Assembly: GCF_003918875.1 (NCBI RefSeq)
Contig: NW_025767261.1
Coordinates: 558,001-622,000 of the forward strand
Direction of reading: 5' to 3'
DNA length: 64,000 nt
Origin: Haliotis rubra
Lineage: Eukaryota
Below the pieces are notes generated by a model. That model searched no databases. It was not told the origin of the DNA and saw only the letters and a program-made list of their open reading frames with translations. Positions 12,900 to 24,879 of the stretch are shown here, one piece after another. Within the stretch, counting starts at the first letter, position 1. Every line of letters starts with the position of its first letter. A program made the position numbers and the translations under genes.

Positions 12900-15800
12900 G
12901 AGTTATTGTGAGAACCGTTGGCGTTTGGTGACAAACACAGGAGGGTGTCTCGCTTAAAAACAGCATTGGAAAGACATATAGGTATATAGACCCTGCCCTA
13001 GTACTATATAAAAGGAAAGGAATGTAAAGACGAAACCACCTGCATGGGGCTATCGTTGCTATTTCGCGCATGGAACAACTAATAGCTCGGGGTTTGCGAT
13101 ACTTATAAAAAATAATTTTGAGTATGATATCCATGATATCATAAGTGATGAAAACGGTCTATATATAATACTTGATATTACAGTTGAAAACATCCGATAT
13201 ATAATACTTGATATTACAGTTGAAAACATCCGATATATAATACTTGATATGGCAGTTGAAAACATTCGATATATAATACTTGATATGGCAGTTGAAAACA
13301 TTCGATATATAATACTTGATATGACAGTTGAAAACGGTCGATATATAATACTTGATATGGCAGTTGAAAACATTCGATATATAATACTTGATATGGCAGT
13401 TGAAAACGGTCGATAAATAATACTTGATATGGCAGTTGAAAACGGTCGATATATAATACTTGATATGGCAGTTGAAAACATTCGATATATAATACTTGAT
13501 ATGACAGTTGAAAACATTCGATTTTCAATTACAATATCTACGGTCCGAATACCGACACTCCCGGCATTTTTAAATCTTTAGTCGAGATTATAATACAGCT
13601 ACCCGGTATTATATGTATGCCCGGTGACTGGAACGTGGTTCAAGACTGCTAAGGATACCAATACTATAAACAAAGAAATAACCCTATATCCAATAACGCA
13701 ATACAGGAAATGAAAGAAAATTTAGATTTAGTCGATCGCTGGAGGATACTCCACCCTGATAAAATGCAATATACATGCTATGTCCTTGACCGGTCTCCTT
13801 GACCAAATCTTCATCAGTAGGTATTAGTTACAAATCAGATCATTCATGTATATCATGAGAACTCTCTCTTCAGCCTATTGAGAGAGGTCCTGTATATTGG
13901 AAATTCAATAACTCCCTTCTATATGACACGAATTATATAAAATAGTTAATGATACTATCAGCGACATAATAAACGAATTTTGCATTTCAAAGAGAGTAAA
14001 GATACAATGTCCAGACAAATTTCTATAAATGATCAAAACCTTTTTGAGCTCTTAAAAATGAGAATTAGAAGTGAAACTATTTCTTATTCAATTAAAACTG
14101 CAAAAGAACGAAAAAAGCGGGGAAAAAATTTGGAAAAAAAATATATACAACTATGAGTCAAATTATCGAAATCTAAATGAACATGAATTAAGTATCCTTA
14201 CTGAGCACAAAACTGAATTAGAACGGAGAAAATAAAGGGTATTGTTTTCAGAAGCAAAGCAAAATGGTACGATAAAGGAGAGAAAACGCTGAGTATTTTC
14301 TTAACCTAGAAAAAAGACACTTTATAATCAAAAATATGTGTGAATTAATCGATGAAAATAATAAAACATTGACCAGTAGAAATGAAATAGTGCATGAAAC
14401 GGCACACTTCTGTCAAAGTCTGTATTCAAGAAAACAGGATGTCAATAGGAAAAAAGACCTTGACATCTTTGCAGAATCGGGCGTTAGCTTGACTTTTGAA
14501 AAGCAAGAAACTTGTGAAGGCGATATTTCTCTTAATGAATGCCTTCAAGCCTTAAAACATATGAAAAATGGGAAAAACCCTGGCTCCGATGGTTTCACTG
14601 CAGAGTTCTATAAATTCTTTTGGAAGGATATAGGTATCCTTTTATGGAAATCAATTAAATATGCTTTTGAAAATAGTAGTCTATCGAAATTTCAACGGCA
14701 GGGTATAATAACATGCTTTCCTAAAGAAGGACGTGATCGACATTATTTAAAACATTGGCGCCCAATAAGTCTATTGAATGTAGATTACAAGATTGCCTCA
14801 AGCGCTATTGCATATAGAATGAAAAAGTACTACCAGACATAATAAGTAATACCCAAACAGGCTTTTTGAAAGGTAGATTCATTGGAGAAAACACGAGAAT
14901 CCTATACGATCTGCTAAACTATTGTGAATTAAATAAAATACCCGGCCTTCTGGTTCTTGTCGATTTTGAAAAAGCATTTGATACTATTGAATGGAATTTT
15001 ATAGAATAAAGCATTAGAATCCTTTAACTTCGGGCCCTCTTTTCGAAAATGGGTCAAACTATTCCAATCAAATATCTGCAGTGCTACTATTAATGCTGGC
15101 CACATATCAGATTATTTCAATCTTGGTAGAGGCTGCAGACAAGGGGATCCGTTGTCGCCATATTTGTTTCTCGTGTGCGCTGAATTACTTTCAAATGCAA
15201 TTAAAAAAAATAAAAACATAAAAGGTATTGACATAAATGGTGTAACGTATACAATATTCCAGTATGCGGACGATGCAAATTTTACTCTGGATGGAACAGA
15301 AACTAGTCTTGCTGAACTAGTATCTATACTGAAAAACTTTGCTGTATGCTCAGGATTAAAATAAATTGTGATAAAACTAGAGCAATATGGATAGGATAAA
15401 AAACATAGCAATGAACAACTCTGCCCACATATCCCTATGCAGTGGTCGAAAGAACCTTTCAAGATCTTAGGTATTATTTTTGATACAAATCTAACTGCGA
15501 TGATGAACTTTACTATACAATTTGAAAAAGCAAGAAAAGCTATTTTCTCGCGGGCAAAGAGATGTCTCACTCTTAGAGGCAAAATCACTATTCTTAAATC
15601 ACAAATATTACCACTATTCACACATCTCTTCAGTTCTCTTCCAAGTCCAGACAAAGAATCCTTCAAAAGACTAAACTCTCTGTTCTATCAATTTGTATGG
15701 TCTGGTAAAAGGGATAAAATAAAGAGAATAATGGTTATAAACGAATACGAAAACGGTGGACTGAAAATGGTGAACGTGGAAATGTTTGATAAATATATGA

Positions 15801-16797
15801 AAATAATTTGGATCAAACGATTCTTATCATAGGACGGCCCATGGCAATCTTTAGTGAATGAAATTCTTCGCCCATATGGAAACACAGCAATCTTCAACTT
15901 CCAGAAAAACAATTACAATGTATAAGTAAAGTATTGAAAAATATATTTTGGCAAAATGTCATTTTCAGCTACAGCCATATAGCAAATGAAAAAGTAACAA
16001 CCATCAATGAATTCGTGAAACTTCCCATTTTAACTTTTATAAAACTACATGATTTTAAAGATTTCCTTAAATGGCATGACAGTGGCCAGGAAAACATAAA
16101 TGACCTTTACACAGATGCAGGAGTCCTAATTGATTTCAACACGCTCAAAGAAAAATATAACCTTACTGGAACATATTTGCGTTATTTTAAATTACTAAAA
16201 GCTCTTCCAAAGGAATTTACAAACAAGTTGAAAAATGACCTTACATATATAATTGATAAAGAAAGCAAAAGTGACATGTTGAAACGATTAATATCGTCAA
16301 AAGACAGTAAGTTCATCTACCAAACATTATGTGATAAGGTTAGAGCCACATTAGACAACATTACAAATATATGGGAATCCAAACTAGACATGCAAATCTC
16401 AACAGATTTTATGTCAAAATGTTTTTTTATTATCAACAACTGTTGCGTTGATGATAAGACAAGAAATTTTCAGTACAAAATTCTTCATCGCATTTTAACA
16501 ACACAAACCTTCCTTCCTAATATAGAGATATCTGACAGCAGTCACTGCTTTTTCTGGACTGAGGAACCAGAAACACCTGAACATCTTGTCTATGATTGGA
16601 GGAAAACTCAAAATCTGATAACACAGTTCCGAATATGGTTTGAAGAAACAACCAAGACGAAATTAAAAATATCAAAATCAATTATTTTACTTGGAGACCC
16701 CAATCAAAGCCTTCTGTTAAACCATTTGTATAACCTTCTCAAAATGTATATTTATACGTGTAAACATAAAGAAACAACCACACAAGTCGGTGATTAA
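12900..16797 (+). mobile_element. Decayed non-LTR retrotransposon ORF2 (L1/Tx1-type LINE)
   Basis: Endonuclease remnants (WGYRCYFAHGTTNS, GDWNVVQD) and RT motifs KNGKNPGSDGFTAEFYKFFW, WRPISLLNVDYKIASSAIA, QTGFLKGRFIGENTR, DFEKAFD, GCRQGDPLSPYLF, QYADD. C-terminal CFF..EPETPEHL. Broken by frameshifts and stops. Confidence 0.92.
13150..13522 (+). repeat. 36-bp minisatellite inside the LINE endonuclease coding region
   Basis: CGATATATAATACTTGATATGGCAGTTGAAAACATT, about 10 copies; reads RYIILDMAVENI in the LINE frame. Confidence 0.92.
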
Positions 16798-17199
16798 CAG
16801 CATAAGCACCGTTCTACGCAGTATCATGTAGCAAGTGTGGTCATAGATTCCATTATTGACAACCGAAACACACCGTAGGAACGTGTACGCCTGGACATTG
16901 TTACGCACAGGAAGTGAACGAGTTGGTTTGCTAACCGTGAGTTTGTTTCATGCATTCAGTGTAGCATTTTGTGTTAAAATCAAATTATTATAGACATTTG
17001 AAATTATATTATATTTCAGGCTGTAAAAATGTAGACACTGAAGATATCAAGTGTATATTTATAGCTCTTGATATAGTCTATGAGGAATACATGGGCGACA
17101 TCCCTTCTAAAAAATAGCAAAATGTTAAACAAAATTATATACAATTATTATAAAACCCAACAAACAATATGAACAAATGTACATTTTAAAAGATAAATG

Positions 17200-17300
17200 C
17201 AGGGGTGCGCACCCCCCTTTTGTCCTGAAAGTTTATTAAATGACCCATGAAAATGGTTGATGTGCACCCTCCCTTTCTCAAAAAGCTGTATCCGCCCCTG
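17200..17300 (-). mobile_element. Partial copy of the CAGGGGCGGAT- MITE family
   Basis: CCTTTCTCAAAAAGCTGTATCCGCCCCTG is the reverse complement of the start of the 41386 element. Confidence 0.65.
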
Positions 17301-17539
17301 GCCTCCAAGAAAGAAAGAAAGAAAAACAGCTATATTTCTCAAACAGGTACACTGTTGCTGGTCAGAGGTTTTGAGAGAATTGAATAAACATGGTTTGTCA
17401 GAACTTAATGTCAAGTTTAACGAACTGGTTGCATGCACTGAATCAATTTCCATTGACAAATATTGCCTTCTTGCTTTTCCTGGATGTTGTCAGTTTGTAT
17501 ACCTGCAGGGTACATATCTGTTGTACCTGTGCCGACAAC

Positions 17540-18126
17540 GACCCCTTCAGCAACCCGACAATTTCAGTAGCTCAGACACGTGGTCTGTAATGTCCCGATG
17601 ATGTTGTTCACTGTGTGTAGTGGAAGAAACAGCCTCTGGTGTTGGAGTTCGGGAACACGTTCCGGATGGCATTGTGGGCAGCTCTCTCAAAGTCCAGTTG
17701 AACTGTGGTGGGCGCCAGGTAAAGACCATCAGTGTGTGCCAGCTCTTGTAGATACTCCAGGGTCCTGATGTAGGGTCCCTCCGTCCTGTTCGGCAGCAAG
17801 CAGAATACTAGAGGAAACAGGTGTCCCTGGGCCTCAGGCCGGCAATCTCGTCGTCGTAGATCTGAGTGATGGGCATCACCTCGGTCTTGGCGCGATGTAT
17901 TAACTTGGCCTTGAGAGCATCCACTTCGAAGATGAAGTTCGGATCCGGATGACTGTGGTCTGTCTCCACTTGTCACGAGACGTGCTGAACACCCAGCCTC
18001 TGTACACTTCCAGTAACCTGTATCTCCCTTCTGTCGGTTCAGGCGAAACTTGTTTCTTTCAAAATAAAGTGACCTTCCTCCACGAACTGACTCGATGAAG
18101 TTAACTCTCACCTGCGCATCTGCCAT
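17540..18126 (-). mobile_element. Internally deleted Mutator (MULE) transposase remnant with N-terminal FLYWCH zinc finger
   Basis: ORF 18126-17608: SVRGGRSLYF...FRLNRQKGDTGYWKC...CSARL (FLYWCH-like) fused to FPLVFCLLPNRTE..Y...DFERAAHNAIRNVFPNSNTRGCFFHYTQ (C-terminal half of the MULE domain). Confidence 0.85.
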
Positions 18127-19474
18127 TACGAATATGTGAATGATGGTTCGGTGTCAGTTTGCAACTTTAATATAAATGTAACATTCTAGCAATGTTTTGA
18201 AAGGAAATTTATCTACTCCCGACATGGATTAAGCTTCCCAATAATTATTGTGCTCTAATGTTTTCTTCTAGTTAAATACTCCTGAAATACAAACGCCACT
18301 TAAATAAAGTTCTAAACAAGCGAAGAAAATTATAACAATGTTTGGAAAAGACATCTATCTACTCATGGATTATGCCTAGTGACTATTATTCTAATGTTAT
18401 AAATAATTAATTGCATCTGAAATACAAACGCCACTTAAATAAAGTTCTAAGCAAGCGAAGAATCTACTCCCGACATGGATTTTATGCTTCCCGGCACCGA
18501 ATCTTAGCTTTGGCAGTACTCCCTAATTAGCTCTCCGATACATGTATGATAAATTGAAATTTAATAAGTGTTTTCAGACATTGTGAAATGTGATAGATTT
18601 AATATATGAATCATAATCATGTAACATTTCATGATTTATGTTCTTCGAAGGGCACCGAATCTTTAGCTTTGGCAGTACTCCCTAATTAGCTCTCCGGGAA
18701 GCTGGTCCGAATTAGACAGAGTGCAAATATACATTTTAGCCTTCCCGGGACATCTGAAAAATAAATTTTAGCCTTCCCGGGACGACACCACTGAAACATC
18801 GTTGCTATTATAACTGTGGATATGTATTAAATTATATATATATAATTATATATATATTCAGCCTACACATACCTGTTAAAAGGCTTCCTTTGACGTTTTA
18901 TTCCACTCATCCGCGTGCATGCATGTTGGAATGCACAAGCTCCATGTTTCACCTGTGGAAACACTTGTAACGCAATACTAATATTGATGATAAGCCAAAC
19001 AAAACATTGAGTCGCACAATCAGTTGGTCACACCACAGCGAGTTGGTCACACCACAATCATGGCAACACATGTCTTGCTGAAACATGGTGAAACAGTTAT
19101 CTTTATCCGGATGTTTATTACTGCAATTCTCTTTCTCGAGATATAAATATGGCATGATACTGTCTAACAATGACGTGTGAAGTATGTGACATACTCTCTA
19201 AGAGGTATGTTCTTATTTCCCCCTAACGCCTACAGTTCGGTATAACTCTAGGCTGTTAAAAACATGAACCCGTATAACAGAAACACTGATGAAATACTTA
19301 CATGTCAAGATATGTGAGACATATAACTGAGAAACATGTTTATCTTGTCTGGGAATCTAGCTCCGAAGACTGCATGGTGGAAATACTCAACTGTGGCCTA
19401 CTTACCTTGACACTGACATTGGTAGGGTTGTCTTTTTGTATTCAGTATACCCGTTCTTTCAGTATCAATAGTCA

Positions 19475-19643
19475 NNNNNNNNNNNNNNNNNNNNNNNNNN
19501 NNNNNNNNNNNNNNNNNNNNNNNNNNNNNNNNNNNNNNNNNNNNNNNNNNNNNNNNNNNNNNNNNNNNNNNNNNNNNNNNNNNNNNNNNNNNNNNNNNNN
19601 NNNNNNNNNNNNNNNNNNNNNNNNNNNNNNNNNNNNNNNNNNN
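19475..19643. other. Assembly gap (N run)
   Basis: Run of n. Confidence 0.99.
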
Positions 19644-19957
19644 GCCGAAGGCCCAAAGTACAGTCTTTACAGAATGTTTGACCAATGTGCGAAGTAATAA
19701 AGTAGTATATTTATTTTTCCTTAATCTTTGGACTTTCTCCAGATAATGACATACATTATAAATAACATTATTATTTGTTGAGGACATCAAATTTACAAAT
19801 TGTTGTACAGATTGACAATCTTTCTGTGTAAATTTATAAAGGTAAGTTTTATTAAGTGAACTGTAATTCAAAAGGTCCTTTATGGAGACACACCTATGTG
19901 ACCCATTTTCATAAAACCATGGACACAAGAGATACAGGTGGGACAGCCGAAACAAGA

Positions 19958-20080
19958 GAGTAAAGCGTTCAGTCGTCACGCCGAAGTCCCGGGTTTGAAT
20001 CCCCACAAGGGTACAATGTGTGTAGACCATTTCTGGTGTCCTGTTGCTGGAACATTGCTAAAAAGCTTATAGTCTCACTC
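19958..20080 (+). mobile_element. tRNA-derived SINE (same family, 5' clipped)
   Basis: TAAAGCGTTC..GTCACGCCGAAG.CCCGGGTTTGAATCCCCACAAGGGTACAATGTGTG...CATTTCTGGTGTCC...GCTGGAACATTGCTAAAA. Confidence 0.75.
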
Positions 20081-20354
20081 AACGCAGGTGTATGGCCATT
20101 TTATGATGTAGACTGATTCCGCATAACGGTGAAACCCAGGTTTGTGGACATAAACGGGAGTGTCCACATACGATTTGCTTTCTTTAAAGTTTCATATCAC
20201 AATCACAAACTTTTACATATTTGACTCCCTCTTAGTCATTCCTAAATTACGCATTCAAATTAGATATTCGTTCGAAAGTGCGCTTTGGGTTATTTTATTT
20301 TCATGACTGTTGGAAAGGCTAGTTCTGTTGCTTTATAAGTATTGTGTGGTGGTG

Positions 20355-20545
20355 TGTGGTCAGCGAAGTTGACCAACGTTGGTCACGGACAGTCCTTGGG
20401 TGGGTGACCGTGTTTGGCAGCTTGAGAGTTTCTTGGACTTCAGTTCTGCCCCACAACGAAGCACACGTGTACATTGTTTCACCATCGATAAGTGACTTTG
20501 TTCAAAATAGACTCTGTTCACCGAGCAGTGAATGGGTACCCAGTG
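20355..20545 (+). mobile_element. 5S rRNA-derived SINE (SINE3-like) remnant
   Basis: GTCAGCGAAGTTGACCAACGTTGGTCACGGACAGTCCTTGGGTGGGTGACCG resembles the 5S internal control region. Downstream TGTTCACCGAGCAGTGAATGGGTACC resembles a conserved central SINE domain (Deu/Nin type). Confidence 0.55.
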
Positions 20546-20860
20546 CGATGAATTGGTCGACTGTCTACCTTCTAGCGACGCTGCCTCTCACGGGTAGCTA
20601 GAGGTGTAGTGGACTCTCACTCACTGACCGGGGTAATAATGTCTGCATTATATATGGACTATAATCATTTTTATAAGTATTGTTATACATTCAGCTTTCT
20701 TCGTGAAGAAAGTATTGTGTGTTGGTGGTCAGTGCGATGAATTGGTCGACTGTCTACCTTCTAGCGACTAGAGGTGTAGTGGACTCTCACTCATTGACCG
20801 GGGCAATAATGTCTGCATTATATATGGACTATAATCATTATTATAAGTATTGTTATACAT

Positions 20861-21251
20861 AGAGAATCTCACCCGAGTGTCTTTTGATATCAAATATATC
20901 ACCACGAGTTGATAAAGTAACAAATATCCGAGGCTTGCCGAGGATATGTTTACTTTTATCAACGAGTGTTGATATATTTGATATCAGAAGACAAGGGGGT
21001 GAGATTCTATTTATCATAAAAAATCACTCTTCATTAGTTTTCAATGAAAAATGTACATCTCTGAACACAGTACTGCCATTAGATTTGCAGTGCAGCGATG
21101 TCATAACATTGTGACGTCAACAAGTTCATGACGTCATAGCATTGTCAGGGCATTGTACAAAATCTACTGTCAAAACGATATCTCCTAGGAGATATCGTCT
21201 GATCTCACACAAGCGATATCTACTGTGGAACACAGTTTTGGATGATAAATG
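20861..21251. mobile_element. Palindromic non-autonomous insertion (about 70-bp arm hairpin), family uncertain
   Basis: 20859-21010 is an imperfect palindrome around CCGAGGCTTGCCGAGG. The insertion is absent from the upstream duplicate of the same site (about 20690). Confidence 0.6.
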
Positions 21252-23210
21252 CAGCTTTCTTCGTGAAGAAAGTATTGTGTGTTGGTGGTCAGTGCAATCC
21301 CGGCTCAAGGCACCTGGGAGCCAACCCCTACTCGATCAGTGGTCAACGTTGATGAGTGACCGTGTTTAGCTCCTGAGCTAGTCTCTCGTACAGACCCTGA
21401 AGCAAATATATCCAAGAAAGCCCACGCAAGTCTACAAAATGTGGCAAGTCTAGATTTCCACAGCTGAAGAAAGTCTCAGGGCTCCTTTTCATTATATATT
21501 TTTTTTTTTACTCTGAATTTTTTTTCCAGTAAAATATGTTCATTTCAGAGACCAGTTGTTAGTCTCCTCCTGAGCGTTTCCTAGCATATATGGTCTCTCC
21601 CGTGGAACACGAGGTTCAATAATCCAGAAGGAGAGATCACATATACGTTCAATGGAATTAAATTGAATTAAATTAAATTCGTTATTTCGTTGCTGTAGGT
21701 CATTGGCCTAAAACTACATACGTTTGTGTACATGTCATAGATAAGAGTTGTAGATGACATTCAAGTTTAGTATTGCACGGAATGACATTGCAAGATAGAT
21801 ATACATTGCTAGATTCTTAAGTGTGGGGTACAATCGTGGGTTAACATAAAGATATTAAACTTAGATTTAGAAGGATATAAAAATCCTTTGTGGGTATAAA
21901 CTTTTCACGTTGCCGGCTATAAGAGGGTGCTAACACAAACAGTCTTTTATTTCTTTCAATATTAATATAGTCTATCTTTCAGTTTCAATACTAAACACAA
22001 CATAACAACAACAAAGTAACATTACTTTCACATATTTGCTGATATAAAGTGTAAGTGCGGTAAATTTAACTATCGGGAATAAAGTCCTAACTCACAAACT
22101 TTTGGTAAAGATTTGAAAGACAGTGAGGCCAACAAAGGGACGCAACTCTTGGTTTTTCGAAAACGCCCAGCAGATGGCGCTGATTTTTTCCCGACCAATG
22201 AAATGGCTTCTTCTATTGAAAGTGGGTATTTCAAACTGAAATGTTGACGTATTTACCCTACATCATGTAAGTTATTGTTATGTTTTATACGTATGCTTAT
22301 CAACTCTGTATAGAGGGCATACCCGGCATATTTTGTTGTTATCATGTGATTGTTGTGAAAACAGTAGTGATCGTTCAGAATCATGAAAAAGACGAAATCT
22401 TGGTTCAGTGATCTATCAATGAATGAAATGGACTCATTCTGCAGGTGTTACGTACGGTATGCTGACATATTCCAAAGAGGATGCTGTATATTGCAAAGAG
22501 CATAAACAACATCTCATAGCTGTTGCAAACCCAAATAGTTTGCAAACTGCCATGAGTGATCAATACTATCAATAGTTCTTATACCGTTAATATGTTCCCA
22601 GCTGGTAACCATAGCATAGGCATCAATCTCGAGGAGCAGCTTGGTAATTTGCCGCAAATACCAAAAACAATACACGTTGTTTCAAGATATTCGTCTTTAT
22701 GAGTATGCATTGCAAAACTGTGATCACAATACATGTGTGTTAGTCGTGATTGCTATAAATTACGAATTGTCAGTGTAAATATTTATCACGTTTATTGTCA
22801 CGACCGAGTGCCTACTTCGCGTTTCATCTTTACTTTTCGGAGAGGATTAGGAGAGGATTATAAATGTTATTGTAGTAATTTAACAACTGTCCATCAGCTA
22901 CTTAACCTAATTCTCCTGTGTCACGATGATCAACTTCTCAAACAATAGGTGATATGTGAAATTCATGTGGGTTATGATATCATATGAGAGAACAATGTTT
23001 TATCATGTTTATCATGAAATGTACCTTACGTTGTTTTTCCATTGTTTTTTCTCTATTTATCACTTTGCTACCTTATATTGGAAAGAGTTCCTTCCGTTCC
23101 CCCATATTCTTTCTTTTGGCAGATTAACAGAGGTAACGCTAAGTGGTTCGACCCTATATATTGTAATTAATTTGGGGGCTTTTAGTTATCTAGTTCTCTA
23201 GTAATTGTTG

Positions 23211-23565
23211 TGGTAAGATTACAGAATACCGGATACCTTCCTAACCCTAGGGTTAGGGTAAGGTTTAGGTTTAGGGTTAGGGTTAGGGCAAGGTTTAGGC
23301 CAAGGTTTAGGCCAAGTTTTAGGGTTAGGGTTTGGGTTAGGGCAAGGTTTAGGCTAAGTTTTAGGGTTTGGGTTAGGTTAAGGGTAAGGTTTAGGGTAAG
23401 GTTTAGGGTTAGGGTTAGGGTTAGGCCAAGTTTTAGGGTTTTTGGGTTAGGGCAAGGTTTAGGCTAAGTTTTAGGGTTTGGGTTAGGGTTAGGGCAAGGT
23501 TAAGGGTAAGGTTTAGGGTAAGGTTTAGGGTAAGGGTAAGGGTTAGGGTTAGGGTTAGGGTTAGG

Positions 23566-23616
<51 letters not shown>

Positions 23617-23670
23617 ACGTGACATTAAACAATATGGTTGGTATGTATCCGGTATTCTGTAAGTGTACCA
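23211..23670. mobile_element. MITE with ~26-bp TIRs and 6-bp TSD carrying degenerate (TTAGGG)n
   Basis: Left end TGGTAAGATTACAGAATACCGGATAC; reverse complement of right end TGGTACACTTACAGAATACCGGATAC. TTGTTG flanks both sides (23205-23210, 23671-23676). Interior about 23240-23616 is telomere-like repeat. Confidence 0.85.
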
Positions 23671-24879
23671 TTGTTGTTAGGTTTTGTTAAAGGTCACATG
23701 CAACCAAAAAATCAAACATAATTAAAACACAATTATCACTCATTCATGACATATAATATACATTTCTGGTTATGAAAAAACATATAAACAAAATTATAAG
23801 CGTACAATCGCAAATCAAAAGTGCAATATTGTGTACTTCGGTTTACTTCCCAAGAAACGAAGCAGCCGGGATACCGAACCCAGTCAGAGCGGGTGGGTGT
23901 GCACTCAAGTGTAACGGCTGGTTCATTAGCAGATGCTCTCACGGGTCATTGTGTGTGTGTATATATAGAGATGTTGGGGTTTGTAAATACATGCTCATTT
24001 TTTGTGTATAACATTTTGCAATCAACAGACATCATAACATGTCATGTGTTCAAGTATCACACCTGCCTGTCTGTGTAATTACATAATGTGACAGAGACCG
24101 AACTCGGGCCATAAATCAATGCATTTTGTTTATGGTGTATAGCCTGATTGGTGTTGAGTTCAAATTGCATGTGGTCAGTGATAGCAGTTGTGTATTGAAT
24201 ATTGTCATTAGCAGACAGGCAGGCAGACACACAGGTGTCAATAAAACAAGACATTGAGTTTTGTCTGTGACAACGACATATCTATATCACAGTTAGAAAT
24301 TCTGTCAACGCTAAATAATGACATTGCTTTTAAGTATCGAACTGAGAAAGTGACTCGGTAAGAAGAACGTGTGGTGAAATAGACAAATGAAATTATATAA
24401 ACAGTTAATTTAGTGTCATAACATATAAAAAGCTCGCGCCTATGAGATATCAACAAAACATTAGAAAAATAGCTCACACCAAAGCCTTCACCGAGTATTC
24501 ACCGGACAACCCGCTTCCAAGCTGCGCGAACCTATTTCACTGCGCACATGCTATGAGCGCAGCCCAGCTGTTGAAAAGTAAACGTTTTCCCCAGAAAAGT
24601 CTGGGGAAACTTTATAGTGAAACGTTTGAAGTCCATACGAAAGGTATCAGATTTCGTCGCTGTTTTTTCATCATTTAATAATGTTATATATTTTATAAAT
24701 ACTTTATAAGTTGAATTTGCATTTTTGACGTATTATTTGTTTCATTAGTAAGTCCATACCGAAAGGTAATGAGGCTTAGAATCTGCAATCAGGACTTGTA
24801 CAGTCTTATTAAAGAAAAGGAGACATATTTTTTCATCGAGGTCATCTTCAGTTTGCAGCCATAGAGGACACAAATAAAG

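Noticed and set aside
12900-16797. Active or domesticated reverse transcriptase
   Set aside because: Many stops and frameshifts across EN and RT; no ORF1 seen.
19302-20030. ORFs spanning N runs (also 37680-39223)
   Set aside because: Artefacts of assembly gaps.
23240-23616. Real telomere or chromosome-fusion scar; also the Arg/Val-rich ORF 23210-23467
   Set aside because: Short, degenerate, and enclosed by TIRs with a TSD. The ORF is just translated TTAGGG.
23687-24420. Kolobok-like element beginning TTAAAGGTCACATGCAAC
   Set aside because: No matching right TIR or TSD found in the window.
24425-24650. Cell-cycle promoter motifs (E2F-like CTCGCGCC, CHR TTTGAA) upstream of KIF18
   Set aside because: Short motifs expected by chance, and the transcription start is unknown.
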